From an uncultured Acidimicrobiales bacterium (GTDB lineage: Bacteria; Actinomycetota; Acidimicrobiia; Acidimicrobiales; DATKAS01): DNA of 64,000 bases. The DNA is taken from positions 157,112 to 221,111 of the forward strand of contig CAVSCP010000009.1 of NCBI GenBank assembly GCA_963726495.1, in the 5' to 3' direction. The notes below the pieces were generated by a model. It saw only the letters and a program-made list of their open reading frames with translations. It was not told the DNA's origin and did no database searches. Below, piece by piece: positions 9,265 through 22,863 of this stretch (positions are counted from its first letter, which is position 1; the number at the start of each line of letters is the position of its first letter). A program made the translations under genes and the position numbers.

Positions 9265-10251
9265 GTGGGCGTGCTCGCAACCAGCTTCTTCCATCCGGAC
9301 TGGTCGCTTCTGCGCGACCAGTTCTGGAGCCTCACGGTGGGTGGGCTGAGCGCAGGCTCGATCTACGCCCTCGTGGCCCTCGGCTACACGCTCGTGTACG
9401 GCGTCCTGCGGCTCATCAACTTCGCGCACTCCGAGATCTTCATGTTCGGCACGTTCGGTGCCGTGTACGCCACACGCTTCCTCGGCATCAACCCAGACGA
9501 CTCGATCCAGACCGGGTTCACGCTCATCGCAGTGCTGCTCGTCTGCCTCGCGTTCGCGATGCTGTGGTCGGGAGGCGCCGCGGTGCTCCTCGAGCGAATC
9601 GCCTACCGGCCCCTCCGCAAACGAGGAGCCACCCGACTCGCCGCCCTGATCGCGGCCATCGGTGCGTCGCTTGCGATGCAGCAGATCATGGCGCTGCGGC
9701 TCAAGCACGGCACAAACCAAGTCGCGTTCCCGCGGCTCGTCGCGCACAAGACGGCGTTCACCTTCTTCGGGGCCGACATCCGCAACGACCAGATCATCGT
9801 GATCGTGTCCGCACTCGTCATGATGGTGGCGCTCGACCAGTTCGTGGGCCGCACTCGCCTCGGCCGTGGCATCAGAGCCGTCTCACAAGACTCCGAGACC
9901 GCGACGCTGATGGGAGTCAACATCGACCGCGTCGTGATGTTGACGTTCCTGCTCGGCGGCCTCATGGCGGGCGCCGCGGGGCTTCTCTACGTCTTCTTCC
10001 TCGAGGTCACGAAGTTCAACGTCGGGTTCACCATCGGGATCAAGGCGTTCACCGCGGCGGTGCTCGGTGGCATCGGCAACTTGAGGGGCGCCCTGCTCGG
10101 CGGCCTCGCGCTCGGTCTGATCGAGAACTACGGGTCGGCGTTGTGGGGAACCGAGTGGAAGGACGTCATCGCGTTCCTCGTGCTCGTGCTCGTGCTGATG
10201 GTCAGGCCCACCGGTCTCCTCGGTGAATCTCTGGGGAAGGCGCGGGTATGA
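9265..10251 (+). CDS. livH: Branched-chain amino acid ABC permease LivH
   Basis: GSIYALVALGYTLVYGVLRLINFAHSE, GIKAFTAAVLGGIGN. Confidence 0.92.
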   Translation: MGVLATSFFHPDWSLLRDQFWSLTVGGLSAGSIYALVALGYTLVYGVLRLINFAHSEIFMFGTFGAVYATRFLGINPDDSIQTGFTLIAVLLVCLAFAMLWSGGAAVLLERIAYRPLRKRGATRLAALIAAIGASLAMQQIMALRLKHGTNQVAFPRLVAHKTAFTFFGADIRNDQIIVIVSALVMMVALDQFVGRTRLGRGIRAVSQDSETATLMGVNIDRVVMLTFLLGGLMAGAAGLLYVFFLEVTKFNVGFTIGIKAFTAAVLGGIGNLRGALLGGLALGLIENYGSALWGTEWKDVIAFLVLVLVLMVRPTGLLGESLGKARV

Positions 10252-11416
10252 CCGCAGTCACCGATCTGCGCAAGAAGGTGCAGGGGCGGATCCCCCAATA
10301 CGACCTTCGCGACAAGATGGCGAACAGGTGGGCGAGCCTCCCGCGCTCGGGGCGGGCCGCTCTCACGTTGGTCGCCATCGCGTTCTTCTACGTGCTTCCC
10401 AACCTCACCATCCCGATCGTCGACACGCCGACGCCCTGGGCGAGCGTGCTCTTCTCGCCGATCGCCCTCTACATCATCGCGGCGCTCGGCCTCAACATCG
10501 TCGTGGGGTACGCGGGCCTGCTCGACCTCGGGTATGTCGCCTTCTACGCAATCGGCGCCTACACGATCGGCGTGCTCACGTCTGCTCACGCCCACCTCGA
10601 CTTCTGGGCCGCGCTGCCGTTCGCGATCGGGTTCGCGATGCTGGCTGGCCTTCTGCTCGGGACGCCCACCCTGCGGCTTCGAGGCGACTACCTCGCGATC
10701 GTCACCCTCGGCTTCGGCGAGATCATCCGCCTCACCGCCCGGAACAGCAACTGGCTCGGCGGCCCCCGGGGCATCAGCCAGATCCCCCGGCCTCCCGACA
10801 TCGGGCCGTTGCACTTCACGGGCCTCGACGCGAGGGCGTACTACTACCTGGCTTTGACGTTCATCATCGCCATCATCCTGATGGCGCGCGCGCTCGAGCG
10901 CAGCCGCGTCGGCCGGTCGTGGACCGCCATCCGTGAAGACGAAGACGCAGCGGAGCTGATGGGCGTGCCGACGTTCAAGTACAAGATCTGGGCGTTCGTG
11001 ATGGGAGCAGGCATCGGTGGTCTGTCGGGCGCGCTGTTCGCGTCGTATCAGACCTCGATCACGCCCGACAGCTTCATCCTGACGCTCTCCATCCTGTTCC
11101 TGGCCGCGGTCGTCCTCGGCGGCGCCGGCAACATCCCCGGCGTCATCCTCGGCGCGATACTCGTCGCCTACCTGCCCGAACGCTTCCGCGTGCTCGGCTC
11201 CACTCGAGTGTTCTGGTACGGCGTCGCGCTCGTCGTCATGATGATCTTCCGACCCCAGGGCATCTTCCCGAGTCGTCGCCGGGCCGCCGAGCTCGCGGAC
11301 CCCGAGGTCGGCGAGGGTCTCGCTGCGGTCACAGAGGCCGACATCGAGCGGTCGAGGAGGGCCTCGACGAGGTCAGCTTGCCGGCGGGCGAGCTCGAGGG
11401 GCATCAGGATGACTGA
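10248..11416 (+). CDS. livM: Branched-chain amino acid ABC permease LivM (indel near 11350)
   Basis: GLNIVVGYAGLLDLGYVAFYAIGAY, LRLRGDYLAIVTLGFGEI. An alternative frame gives an acidic tail [18 protein letters not shown] ending at 11416. Confidence 0.85.
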
Positions 11417-12182
11417 ACGGCTCCTCGAGCTCGCGAACCTCACGATGCGCTTCGGCGGCGTCACCGCGCTCGACACCGTCACGCTCAACGTCGACCGCGG
11501 CGAGATCTTCGGCCTCATCGGACCGAACGGCGCGGGAAAGACGACCGTCTTCAACGTCGTGACGGGAGTGTTCGAGCCGACGAACGGCGAGGTCCGTTTC
11601 ACCGGCAAGAGCATCGCGGGCTTGAGCCGCAACGAGATCACTCGCCTTGGCGTCGCCCGCACGTTCCAGAACATCCGCCTGTTTCGCGAGATGACCGCGC
11701 TCGAGAACGTGATGGTCGGCGCCGACGCGCATCACCGCACGAGCGTGCCGGGCGCGATCATCCGGTTCGGCCGGCACCGAGCCGAGGAGGCAGACGGGCA
11801 CGAGCGGGGCATGCAGCTGCTCGAGTTCATGGGGATCGCACGACGATGGGGCGAGGCCGCCCGCAACCTGCCGTACGGCGATCAGCGCCGGCTCGAGATC
11901 GCCCGGGCGATGGCGACCAAGCCGCAGCTGCTGCTGCTCGACGAGCCCGCCGCAGGCTTCAACCCGGCCGAGAAGCGGGAGCTCATGGACCTCATCCTGA
12001 GGATCAGGGAAGAGGGCTACACCGTGCTGCTCATCGAGCACGACATGAGCCTCGTGATGGGCATCTCCGACCGGATAAACGTCCTCGACTTCGGCAGACT
12101 GATCGCCGAAGGCACCCCTGCCGAGGTGCGCGAGAACCCGGCCGTCATCGAGGCGTACCTCGGAGCTCCCAATGCTTCTTGA
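11409..12182 (+). CDS. livG: ABC ATP-binding protein LivG
   Basis: [44 protein letters not shown]. Confidence 0.92.
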   Translation: MTERLLELANLTMRFGGVTALDTVTLNVDRGEIFGLIGPNGAGKTTVFNVVTGVFEPTNGEVRFTGKSIAGLSRNEITRLGVARTFQNIRLFREMTALENVMVGADAHHRTSVPGAIIRFGRHRAEEADGHERGMQLLEFMGIARRWGEAARNLPYGDQRRLEIARAMATKPQLLLLDEPAAGFNPAEKRELMDLILRIREEGYTVLLIEHDMSLVMGISDRINVLDFGRLIAEGTPAEVRENPAVIEAYLGAPNAS

Positions 12183-12897
12183 GATCGAGGACATGCAGGT
12201 CAGCTACGGACGCATCGCGGCGCTGAAGGGCTTGTCGTTCACCGTCGACGACGGTGAGATCGTCACGCTCATCGGCGCCAATGGCGCGGGCAAGACGACG
12301 ACCTTGAAGGCGATCTCCGGCGTTCGCCCGCTGTCGGCAGGCAAGATCACGTTCGACGGTCGCGACATCACCCGAGTGGCCGCGCACGAGAGAGTGGCAC
12401 TCGGCATCTGCCAGGCGCCGGAGGGCCGGGGGATCTTCCCGGGCATGTCGGTCACCGAGAACCTCGAGATGGGCACCTACATCCGCAAGGACCGGAAGTC
12501 GGCGGCGAAGGAAGCAGACCTCGAACGCGTCTTCAGCCTGTTCCCCCGGTTGCTCGAACGCCGGGCGCAAGCGGGCGGCACCCTGTCCGGTGGCGAGCAG
12601 CAGATGCTCGCGATCGGCCGCGCGCTCATGGCGCGCCCGCGCGTGCTGCTGCTCGACGAGCCGTCGATGGGGCTCGCCCCGATGCTCGTCGCGCAGATCT
12701 TCTCGATCATCACCGAGATCAACCAGCAGGGCACCACCATCCTGCTGGTCGAGCAGAACGCCGCGCAGGCGTTGCAACGCGCCCATCGCGCGTACGTCCT
12801 CGAGACCGGCCGGATCGTGCGCACCGACGACGCCAAGGTGTTGCTCGGTGACGACTCGGTGCGCGCCGCGTACCTCGGCGGCGACGTCGAGGGCTGA
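12172..12897 (+). CDS. livF: ABC ATP-binding protein LivF
   Basis: [37 protein letters not shown]. Confidence 0.93.
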   Translation: MLLEIEDMQVSYGRIAALKGLSFTVDDGEIVTLIGANGAGKTTTLKAISGVRPLSAGKITFDGRDITRVAAHERVALGICQAPEGRGIFPGMSVTENLEMGTYIRKDRKSAAKEADLERVFSLFPRLLERRAQAGGTLSGGEQQMLAIGRALMARPRVLLLDEPSMGLAPMLVAQIFSIITEINQQGTTILLVEQNAAQALQRAHRAYVLETGRIVRTDDAKVLLGDDSVRAAYLGGDVEG

Positions 12898-12910
12898 CGC
12901 CCGGGCCGAG

Positions 12911-14203
12911 ATGACAGTCACCCGCACAGTGGCCGCGCTCATGGTGGCGGTTGGCCTGTTGGGTGCCGCTGCCTGCAGTGACGACGGATCTTCCGCGTCC
13001 CCCACGACGAGCGAAGCCACACAGCCGACGATCCCCGACCGCGGCAACGTGGACGGCGTGCTGCGCATCGGCTACCTCCTTCCGACTTCGGGGCAGTCCG
13101 CAACCGTCGGACCTCCGATGATCAAGGGCATCGAGATGGCGGTCCGCGACATCAACGCCGCCGGAGGCGTCAACGGCGAGCAGGTCACGCTCGTCGGCGG
13201 CGATGAGGGCGACGACCCCTCGGTCGCAGGAGTCACGCTCGACAACCTGCTGAACGTAGAGAAGATCGACGTGCTGATCGGCCCCGCGTCATCGACGACC
13301 GCGCTGCGCGTCCTCGGCCGCGTCACCAATGCGGGCGTGCTCACGTGCTCACCGTCGAACACCGCCCTCGCGCTCGAGCAATTCCCCGACGACGGGTACT
13401 ACGTGCGCACGGCGCCATCCGACCGGTTGCAGGGCGTCGCCCTCTCAGAGGTCATCGCCGAGGGTGGCTACCGCACGATCGCGCTGATGAGCCCGAACGA
13501 CGACTACGGGCGCGGCATGGCCGACGTGCTCGTCGATCAGCTGAAGATCCAGGGCATCCGGGTGACGATCAACTACCTGTACGACCCGAACGGCACAAAC
13601 TTCGCACCCGACGTGCGCAAGGTCCTCGAGACGAACGCGGAGTCGATCGCAGTGATCGGCCTCCCCGACACGGCGGGGCTCATCCTGCGCAAGCTCGTCG
13701 ACCTCGGCGCCGGCCCCGACCGCCTGCCGACGTTCGTCACCGACGGGCTGAGGGTCACGAACCTCTACCAGAGCGTCGACCCGACGCGGCCTGAAGTGAC
13801 CGCGGGCATCCGCGGCACGTCGGTGGCCACCGTGCCTGTGAGCGCGACCAGCGACTTCGCCACCGAGTTCGCCGCGTTCGCTCCAGGGTCGCCGATGACG
13901 TTCGCGCCCTACGCCTACGACTCCGCGGTCAGCCTGGCCCTCGCCGCGCAAGCGACCCGATCCGACGACTCCGCGCTCCTCCGCGACGAGATCATCAACG
14001 TGACGCGAGGCGGCGTCGGCTGCCGCACCTACCCGGACTGCAAGCGGCTCCTCGACCTCGGACGCAACATCGACTACGAGGGCGCGTCGGGCCCACTCGA
14101 CCTCAACGACATCGGCGACCCCAGCCGCGCCACGTACGACGTGTTCGTCTACAACCCGGACGGCACCGACACGACCGAGCGCCAGATCCAGGTCAGCCCC
14201 TGA
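12911..14203 (+). CDS. Second ABC substrate-binding lipoprotein (Leu-binding family)
   Basis: Lipobox AAAC, IGYLLP.SG, INAAGGVNG, RTAPSD.LQG, IDYEGASG. Confidence 0.87.
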   Translation: MTVTRTVAALMVAVGLLGAAACSDDGSSASPTTSEATQPTIPDRGNVDGVLRIGYLLPTSGQSATVGPPMIKGIEMAVRDINAAGGVNGEQVTLVGGDEGDDPSVAGVTLDNLLNVEKIDVLIGPASSTTALRVLGRVTNAGVLTCSPSNTALALEQFPDDGYYVRTAPSDRLQGVALSEVIAEGGYRTIALMSPNDDYGRGMADVLVDQLKIQGIRVTINYLYDPNGTNFAPDVRKVLETNAESIAVIGLPDTAGLILRKLVDLGAGPDRLPTFVTDGLRVTNLYQSVDPTRPEVTAGIRGTSVATVPVSATSDFATEFAAFAPGSPMTFAPYAYDSAVSLALAAQATRSDDSALLRDEIINVTRGGVGCRTYPDCKRLLDLGRNIDYEGASGPLDLNDIGDPSRATYDVFVYNPDGTDTTERQIQVSP

Positions 14204-14204
14204 C

Positions 14205-14888
14205 CTAGCCCAGGTTGAGGCGGGTGACCAGCTCGTCGATCGGACACACCATCCCGACGAAGAAGCGACCGAACTCCGCGTAGAGCGCCGATGCCTCGTC
14301 GAAGCGCATCGTGTACACCACGTCTTTGAGGTCGTCGGGGTGCACCGCGAACAGGGTGACCCCCCACTCGTAGTCGTCGAGGCCGGTCGAGCCGGTGATG
14401 AGCTGCAGCACGCGACCGGCGAACGTGCGGCCGGTCTTGCCGTGGCCGTGCATGAGCTCGAGACGCTCGTCATACGGCAGCGAGAACCAGTTCTGTCCCA
14501 CGTTGCGGCGCTTCGACATCGGATAGAAGCAGAACGCAGGCTTGCCCTCGGGCGGCAGCGTGGGGTGCAGCCGAGCCTCGAGCATCGCCTCGGGGAGGCC
14601 CTTCGCGTACTCGCTCACCTCGGTGAGCGACACGTACGAGTCGACGATCGAGACGCCCGCGGCCTGAAGGTCGGCCTGCAGCGTGTGGAGCCGCCACAGG
14701 TCGGGCCCGACGGCCATGACCGCGAAGTCGGCCTTGTGCCCCAGCAGCGCAGCGGTGACGACCTGGTGCTCGCCTTCGGACGCGCGCTTGATCGCAGACG
14801 TGAGCGCGCCGCTGTCGGCCGCGGGTGTGATCTTGCAGAAGAGGTGGAGGACCCCCCACCCTTGGGTGGGAGACAGCGGTTCGGTCAT
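14205..14888 (-). CDS. Coproheme decarboxylase/chlorite dismutase family protein (ChdC/HemQ-like)
   Basis: SYVSLTEVSEY, CFYPMSKRR, W..LP..ER..LM..HG, GSTGLDDYEWGVTL, MRFDE.SA.Y. Confidence 0.88.
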   Translation of the reverse strand: MTEPLSPTQGWGVLHLFCKITPAADSGALTSAIKRASEGEHQVVTAALLGHKADFAVMAVGPDLWRLHTLQADLQAAGVSIVDSYVSLTEVSEYAKGLPEAMLEARLHPTLPPEGKPAFCFYPMSKRRNVGQNWFSLPYDERLELMHGHGKTGRTFAGRVLQLITGSTGLDDYEWGVTLFAVHPDDLKDVVYTMRFDEASALYAEFGRFFVGMVCPIDELVTRLNLG

Positions 14889-17377
14889 CGCTCCTGCGGC
14901 GGAGGAAGCGGCTCGGTGCGACCGTTGTCGCTCTTGGCGCCGTTGCCGGTGTCGGTCTTGGCGCCGTTGCCGTTGCCGCTGCCGTTCGCCAGCGGCACGA
15001 GCGCGTGGTGCATGACCGGCTGGAACACGGGAAGCGTCTGGTCGACCGAGCCCTGGCTCTGATGCGCCGCGACGACGCTGAGGTGGTACGCCTCGTAGGA
15101 GATCATGAAGTCGTCGGTGTGGTACACGTCACCGTCGAGCGTCGGACCCTTGCCCCCTTCGAAGATCGCGACGATGTCTTCGCCCGTGATCGTCTTGTGG
15201 GTCTCGAGCGCATGCGCGATCGCCAGCACGTAGCGACGGTCCTCGACGAGCATCCCGTGCGCGCGCTCGCAACAGCTCTTGCAACCGCGTCTCGACCCGC
15301 CGGCCGAGCTCGGTCTCGAGGAAGTTGCGGTCCTCGCCGGTGATGACGCTGCCCGTCGCACCGGCCGCGCCCGGCATGTAGCCACGCGAGCCGACCGTCG
15401 CTCCCATGCCGGCGTACGCCTCCATGCCCGCGACGATCGTGGTCGCGTTCTGCAGGTCGCCGCCGACGCCCGCGGAGTTGTCTCCGTCGAAGAAGAGCCG
15501 CTCCCCGGCAAGCGACGCGACGAACGTGATGACGTCGCGCTCCTTGCCCGACTTCCAGTCGACGAACTGCTCCTCGAGCGGGACCGGAGCGACGAAGCCG
15601 CCGGTGCCACCGCGGCGCTCGATCGTCGCGACGTCGATCATCTCGCGCTTCTGCAAGCGGTACATCGCAACCGCGTGCGACGCCTCGTGGATCGCCACCG
15701 CGTGGCGCTCCCAGTCGGCGTACTTCCAGTCGTCGGCCGGGCCGTTGTTCTTCAGATGCTTCGCCTTCGAGCGCGTCGGCGTACTCCACCGTGTCGCGAC
15801 CCTCACGGATCGCGACGATGAGGGCCTCGTTCACGACGTCCTTGATGGTGGCGCCGGTCGCATAGGGCGACATCGAGCGCGAGCTTCTCGATCTCGTCGG
15901 GTGTGAGCGAGTGCTTCACCCTGTCGAAGTAGCCCTGGAAGGTGCGCGTGCGACCCTCGAGGTACGGGTAGCCGACCTTGTAGATGCGGTCGATGCGGCC
16001 CGGCCGGAGCAGCGCCTCGTCGAGCGCCTGAGGCATGTTCGTCGCCATCATCACGAGGATGCGGTACTTCGGCGGCGGCTTCGGCTTCATCGTCAGCACA
16101 CGGCGGACGGTGCGGTTGAAGAACCCGCGCGGCTTCTTCAGGCCCGAGAGCTCGGTCAGCAGGGCCTGCAGCGTGCCCATGCCGCCACCGCCACCGCCCA
16201 TCCCTGCGCCCATGATGAAGCCGCGCACACCGCCGGCCTTCGGCGCCTCGGGCTCCATCGGCCGGTTCGACCACCACAGCTCGTTGCGGGTCTGCTCGGA
16301 CACGTAGTCGAGCGAGTTGCAGCACATGTTGAACGGAAGCTTCGTTGCTTCGTCTGCCATCCGCCGCCTTGCGCGAGCTGACCGCGGTTGCCGAGCGTGT
16401 CGGCCTCGTCGAAGAACACGATCACGCCGCCGTAGCGCAACGCGAGCTTGCGCAGCTTGCGGAAGAGCGACTTCACCTTGAGGATGCCGACCCCGAAGAA
16501 CATGTTCGTGAACGCGCCCGGGTCGACGAAGACGAACGGCTTGCCGGTCTCACCCGCGACCGCCTCGGCCATGAGCGTCTTGCCGGTGCCGGGAGGACCC
16601 CACAGCAAGATGCCGGACGGCACGTGCCCGCCCTTGCTCTCGATCTTCTCCGGGATCCTCGAGGAACATCACGTTCTCTTTGACCCGCTCGAGCACCGGG
16701 TCCTGGCCCCAGACGTCAGAGAACCGCGTCTTGATGTCGTCGGGGTAGTAGGTGTCGACGCCGCCGCGCGAGAGGAACCAGAAGATCGCGACGAACTGGC
16801 CGACCGCGAGGCCGAGCAGCATGAAGACCTGGAAGATGAACGGCAGGCCCTGCGCGGTCGAGAACAGGATGTCGTAGATCCGCGACGGCGCCTGGAAGAA
16901 CGCCTCGATCGGCGTGACGTCCCACCGGCCGGCGAAGAACACGCAGAGCACGACGCTGACGAACACGAACTTGAGCGCCCGCGAGATGCGGAACCGCGTC
17001 CACGGGTTCATCCTCTCGGCGCGCTTGTTGAAGCGGCCGAACACCTGGTCTTCCCAGAACATGTTGTACCGGGTCGAGTGCTCGCAGACCACGTAGTGGA
17101 TCTGGCGCACGAGCTCGAGCAGGAACGCGAGGAAGAACCACCACTTCGCCCGGGCCGTCTCGCGCAGCGCGTCGCGGAACGGGATGATCGGGTTGTCCGC
17201 CATGTCGTTCCAGGTGAGGAACGCGAACAGCAGCGCGATGACGATCAGGATCTTCGTGCGATCCCACATCGCCATCTTCTTGCGGGTGCGCTTCACCTCG
17301 GCTTCGGGCACGGGGACGTGCACCGGCGGAGGAGGCGGAGGGGGCGCAGGCGACGGATCGGGCCAGGCGATGCTCAT
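14885..17377 (-). CDS. Divergent FtsH-like membrane AAA+ ATPase/M41 metalloprotease (several indels)
   Basis: N-terminal TM helices; RFSDVWGQD; Walker A GPPGTGKT; Walker B VFFDEAD; [12 protein letters not shown]; HEASH zinc motif; GVGGDL. Pieces lie in ORFs 16550, 16156, 15803, 15103, 15129 and 14885. Confidence 0.82.
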
Positions 17378-17378
17378 G

Positions 17379-18044
17379 TCAGCTCTTCTTCCTGATCTGC
17401 CACGAGTCGACGACAGCGTCGATCTCACTCCGATGCTGCAAGTAGCACTTCGATGAGCACTTCACGAGGAACCGGTACAGGGTAGTGGTGCCCGGATCGA
17501 CCAGGGCGATCTGATCGATGGTCACGTACGACCCGTTGATCAGCTTGTTGAGCACGATCCGGTTGCCTCGCAGGCCGTCGTGCGTCGTGAGTGCTTCGTA
17601 CTTCACGATCTCGATGTCGGTGCTGCCCTGCTGGTACATGGCGATCGGGTCACCGGTACCGTCGAGGGCGAGCGCGCGCAGGTCGACGTTCGACACCTGG
17701 TCGCGCACCGACTCTCCGATGGGGCTGATCTCGGCCTGGCCCACGATCGCCTGCGGGATGTCTTCCTCGAAGTGGGTGACGTCGGGCTTCTGGTCCGCGT
17801 CGAACACGATCCGCCACGGGCCCGTCGGCTGGTTCGCGGCGGTCGCGGCGTCAGGGAAGGGACGATCGTCGGGCAGGGCGTTCGGGTCGAGCTTGTAGAG
17901 CTTCCAGTCGTCCGGGACCTTGAAGTACGCGCCTTCGCCGGTGTTCTTGACGTAGGTGAACCCGGACGACGAGCAGGCGGCGGACGAGATCGCGATTGCG
18001 CCCACGACGCCCAGGAGCGCGAGCCGCTGGAGCCGAGGGGCCAT
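17379..18044 (-). CDS. Putative lipoprotein
   Basis: Signal peptide with SAAC lipobox; 221 aa; adjacent to the FtsH-like gene. Confidence 0.7.
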   Translation of the reverse strand: MAPRLQRLALLGVVGAIAISSAACSSSGFTYVKNTGEGAYFKVPDDWKLYKLDPNALPDDRPFPDAATAANQPTGPWRIVFDADQKPDVTHFEEDIPQAIVGQAEISPIGESVRDQVSNVDLRALALDGTGDPIAMYQQGSTDIEIVKYEALTTHDGLRGNRIVLNKLINGSYVTIDQIALVDPGTTTLYRFLVKCSSKCYLQHRSEIDAVVDSWQIRKKS

Positions 18045-18050
18045 GCGTCA

Positions 18051-20902
<2,852 letters not shown>

Positions 20903-20974
20903 CAGCAAACCACCTCCGGAGGCGACCTGCAACCTCGCCCGAGATGTCGACGGGGGCCTGTACCTTCAGTCGTC

Positions 20975-22438
20975 GTGGGGTCTGACGAGAAGCGCATCGT
21001 GGTGGTCGGGGCCGGAGTGGCCGGGTTGGGCGCCGCCCTGGCGCTGAGCAGGGACGGACACCAGGTCACGCTGCTCGAACGCGACGCCACCCCCTTGCCA
21101 CCCGATCCGAGCTCCGCGTTCGAGTGGGACCGGCGGGGCGCTCCCCAGGTCCGCCACAGCCACGCGTTCCTCGCCCGGCTGTACAACCTGCTGCGCACCT
21201 CGTATCCCGACGTGCTCGCCGACCTCCTCGCGGCCGGCGCGACCGAGATCCGCATGGCCGAGAACCTGCCGCCCACGATGACCGACTGGACCCCGCGTCC
21301 CGGCGACGAGGAGCTCGTGATGCTCGCCTGTCGGCGCACGACGTTCGAGTGGGTGCTCCGGCGGTCGGTGCTCGCGAGCCCGAGGTGCTCGATTCGCGAC
21401 GGCGTCGCCGCTGAGGGGTTGCTCGGCTCACCGGGCGCCGACGGCATCCCGGTGGTGACCGGCGTGCGCACGAGTGCGGGCGACTTCCCGGCCGACCTCA
21501 CGGTCGTGGCCGGCGGACGACGCTCGACCCTCCCCGACTGGCTCGCCGAGATCGGCGCCGATCCCGTGCCCGAAGAGGTCGAGGACACCGGGATCGTCTA
21601 CTACTCACGCTTCTACGAGCTGCTCCCCGGCGCGGAGCCCCCGCCGCGAGACGGCCCCATCGGCGGCGACCTCGGGTATCTCAAGTACGCGATCTTCCAG
21701 GGCGACAACGGCACGTTCTCGATCACGCTCGCGACGCCCACCGACGACTCCTTGTTGCGCGGCGCGCTGTCGACGATCGACGCGTTCGACACGACGGCGG
21801 CGGTGCTGCCCGCCACGAAGGCGTGGGTCGATCCCGCGATCTCGCGCCCGATCACCGACGTGCACTTGATGGCGGGGTTGCTCAACCGGCTGCGCACCTA
21901 CGTCGTCGACGGGCGCCCGCTCGCTCTCGGAGTGCATGCCCTCGGCGACGCCAGCGTGTGCACGAACCCGCTCTACGGGCGTGGGTGCTCCACCGGCTTC
22001 TGGCACGCGCATCTGCTCGCCGGCGTCCTACGTGAGCATCCCGACGACCTGATGGCGCAAGCACTCGAGCTCCACGCGCTCACCGACGAGCACCTGCTTC
22101 CGTGGTACCGCTCGTCGGTGGTGCAAGACGCCGAGGCGAGGCGCATCGCGGCCGCAATGCTGGCGGGCGAGGACATCGACGATCCCGAAGATCCCCGTTC
22201 GTTCATGCGCTCGGTGCTGCGCGAAGGGCTCGCACCGGCGATGCGCACCGATCCCGAGGTGTACCGGGCGTTCGTGCGCACGTTCAACCTGTTGCTCCCG
22301 CCCGAGACGCTGATGAGCGACGCCGACATCGGCGCGCGCGTGCTGGCCGTGTGGAACGACAGAGAGAACCGTCCGCCCGAGCCGGTGCTGGGGCCGCCGC
22401 GGCCCGAGCTGCTCGAGGCGCTGGGGCTCGCTGCTTAG
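20975..22438 (+). CDS. FAD-dependent oxidoreductase/monooxygenase
   Basis: VVGAGVAG, PQVRHSH, LGDASVCTNPLYGRGCS. Confidence 0.85.
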   Translation: MGSDEKRIVVVGAGVAGLGAALALSRDGHQVTLLERDATPLPPDPSSAFEWDRRGAPQVRHSHAFLARLYNLLRTSYPDVLADLLAAGATEIRMAENLPPTMTDWTPRPGDEELVMLACRRTTFEWVLRRSVLASPRCSIRDGVAAEGLLGSPGADGIPVVTGVRTSAGDFPADLTVVAGGRRSTLPDWLAEIGADPVPEEVEDTGIVYYSRFYELLPGAEPPPRDGPIGGDLGYLKYAIFQGDNGTFSITLATPTDDSLLRGALSTIDAFDTTAAVLPATKAWVDPAISRPITDVHLMAGLLNRLRTYVVDGRPLALGVHALGDASVCTNPLYGRGCSTGFWHAHLLAGVLREHPDDLMAQALELHALTDEHLLPWYRSSVVQDAEARRIAAAMLAGEDIDDPEDPRSFMRSVLREGLAPAMRTDPEVYRAFVRTFNLLLPPETLMSDADIGARVLAVWNDRENRPPEPVLGPPRPELLEALGLAA

Positions 22439-22453
22439 CGGTTGGTCAGCGGG

Positions 22454-22729
22454 TCAGCCGCCGGCGACCGCGGGGATGATCGACACCGTCTCGCCGTCGG
22501 GCACCGGCGTGTCGAGGCCCTGCAGGAAGCGCACGTCGTCGTCGGCGACGAACAGGTTCACGAAGCGACGCAGGTTGCCGTCGTCGTCGAAGATGCGTGA
22601 GCGGAAGCCCGGATGCGCAGCTTCGAGGTTGTCGAGCACCTCTGCCAGCGTGGCGCCTTCGACCTTGACCTCGGAAACACCGCCGGTCGCGGGACGCAGC
22701 GTGGTGGGGACTCGCACGGTGACGCTCAT
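22454..22729 (-). CDS. MoaD/ThiS (CysO/SAMP-like) ubiquitin-fold sulfur carrier
   Basis: LRRFVNLFV.DDDVRFLQGLDT, C-terminal IIPAVAGG. Confidence 0.9.
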   Translation of the reverse strand: MSVTVRVPTTLRPATGGVSEVKVEGATLAEVLDNLEAAHPGFRSRIFDDDGNLRRFVNLFVADDDVRFLQGLDTPVPDGETVSIIPAVAGG

Positions 22730-22763
22730 CGGGGGCGCAGCGTAGCGGCCCCATCGCGCTCCA

Positions 22764-22863
22764 ACTGTGGCGTTTGAGGCGATCGCACTCCCGCACCACA
22801 GTGTCCGCCCGATCACGCCCCGGACTGTGGCGTTTGAGCGCAATCCGCACTGTCACGCCACAG
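22764..22863. repeat. Two REP-like imperfect palindromes (about 40 bp, period 60 bp)
   Basis: ACTGTGGCGTTTGAG...CCACAGT at 22764-22802 and ACTGTGGCGTTTGAG...ACGCCACAG at 22824-22863. Confidence 0.8.

Noticed and set aside
10248-12182. Apparent LivM-LivG fusion (644 aa)
   Set aside because: One indel near 11350 restores an acidic LivM tail stopping at 11416 and overlapping the livG ATG; probably an artefact.
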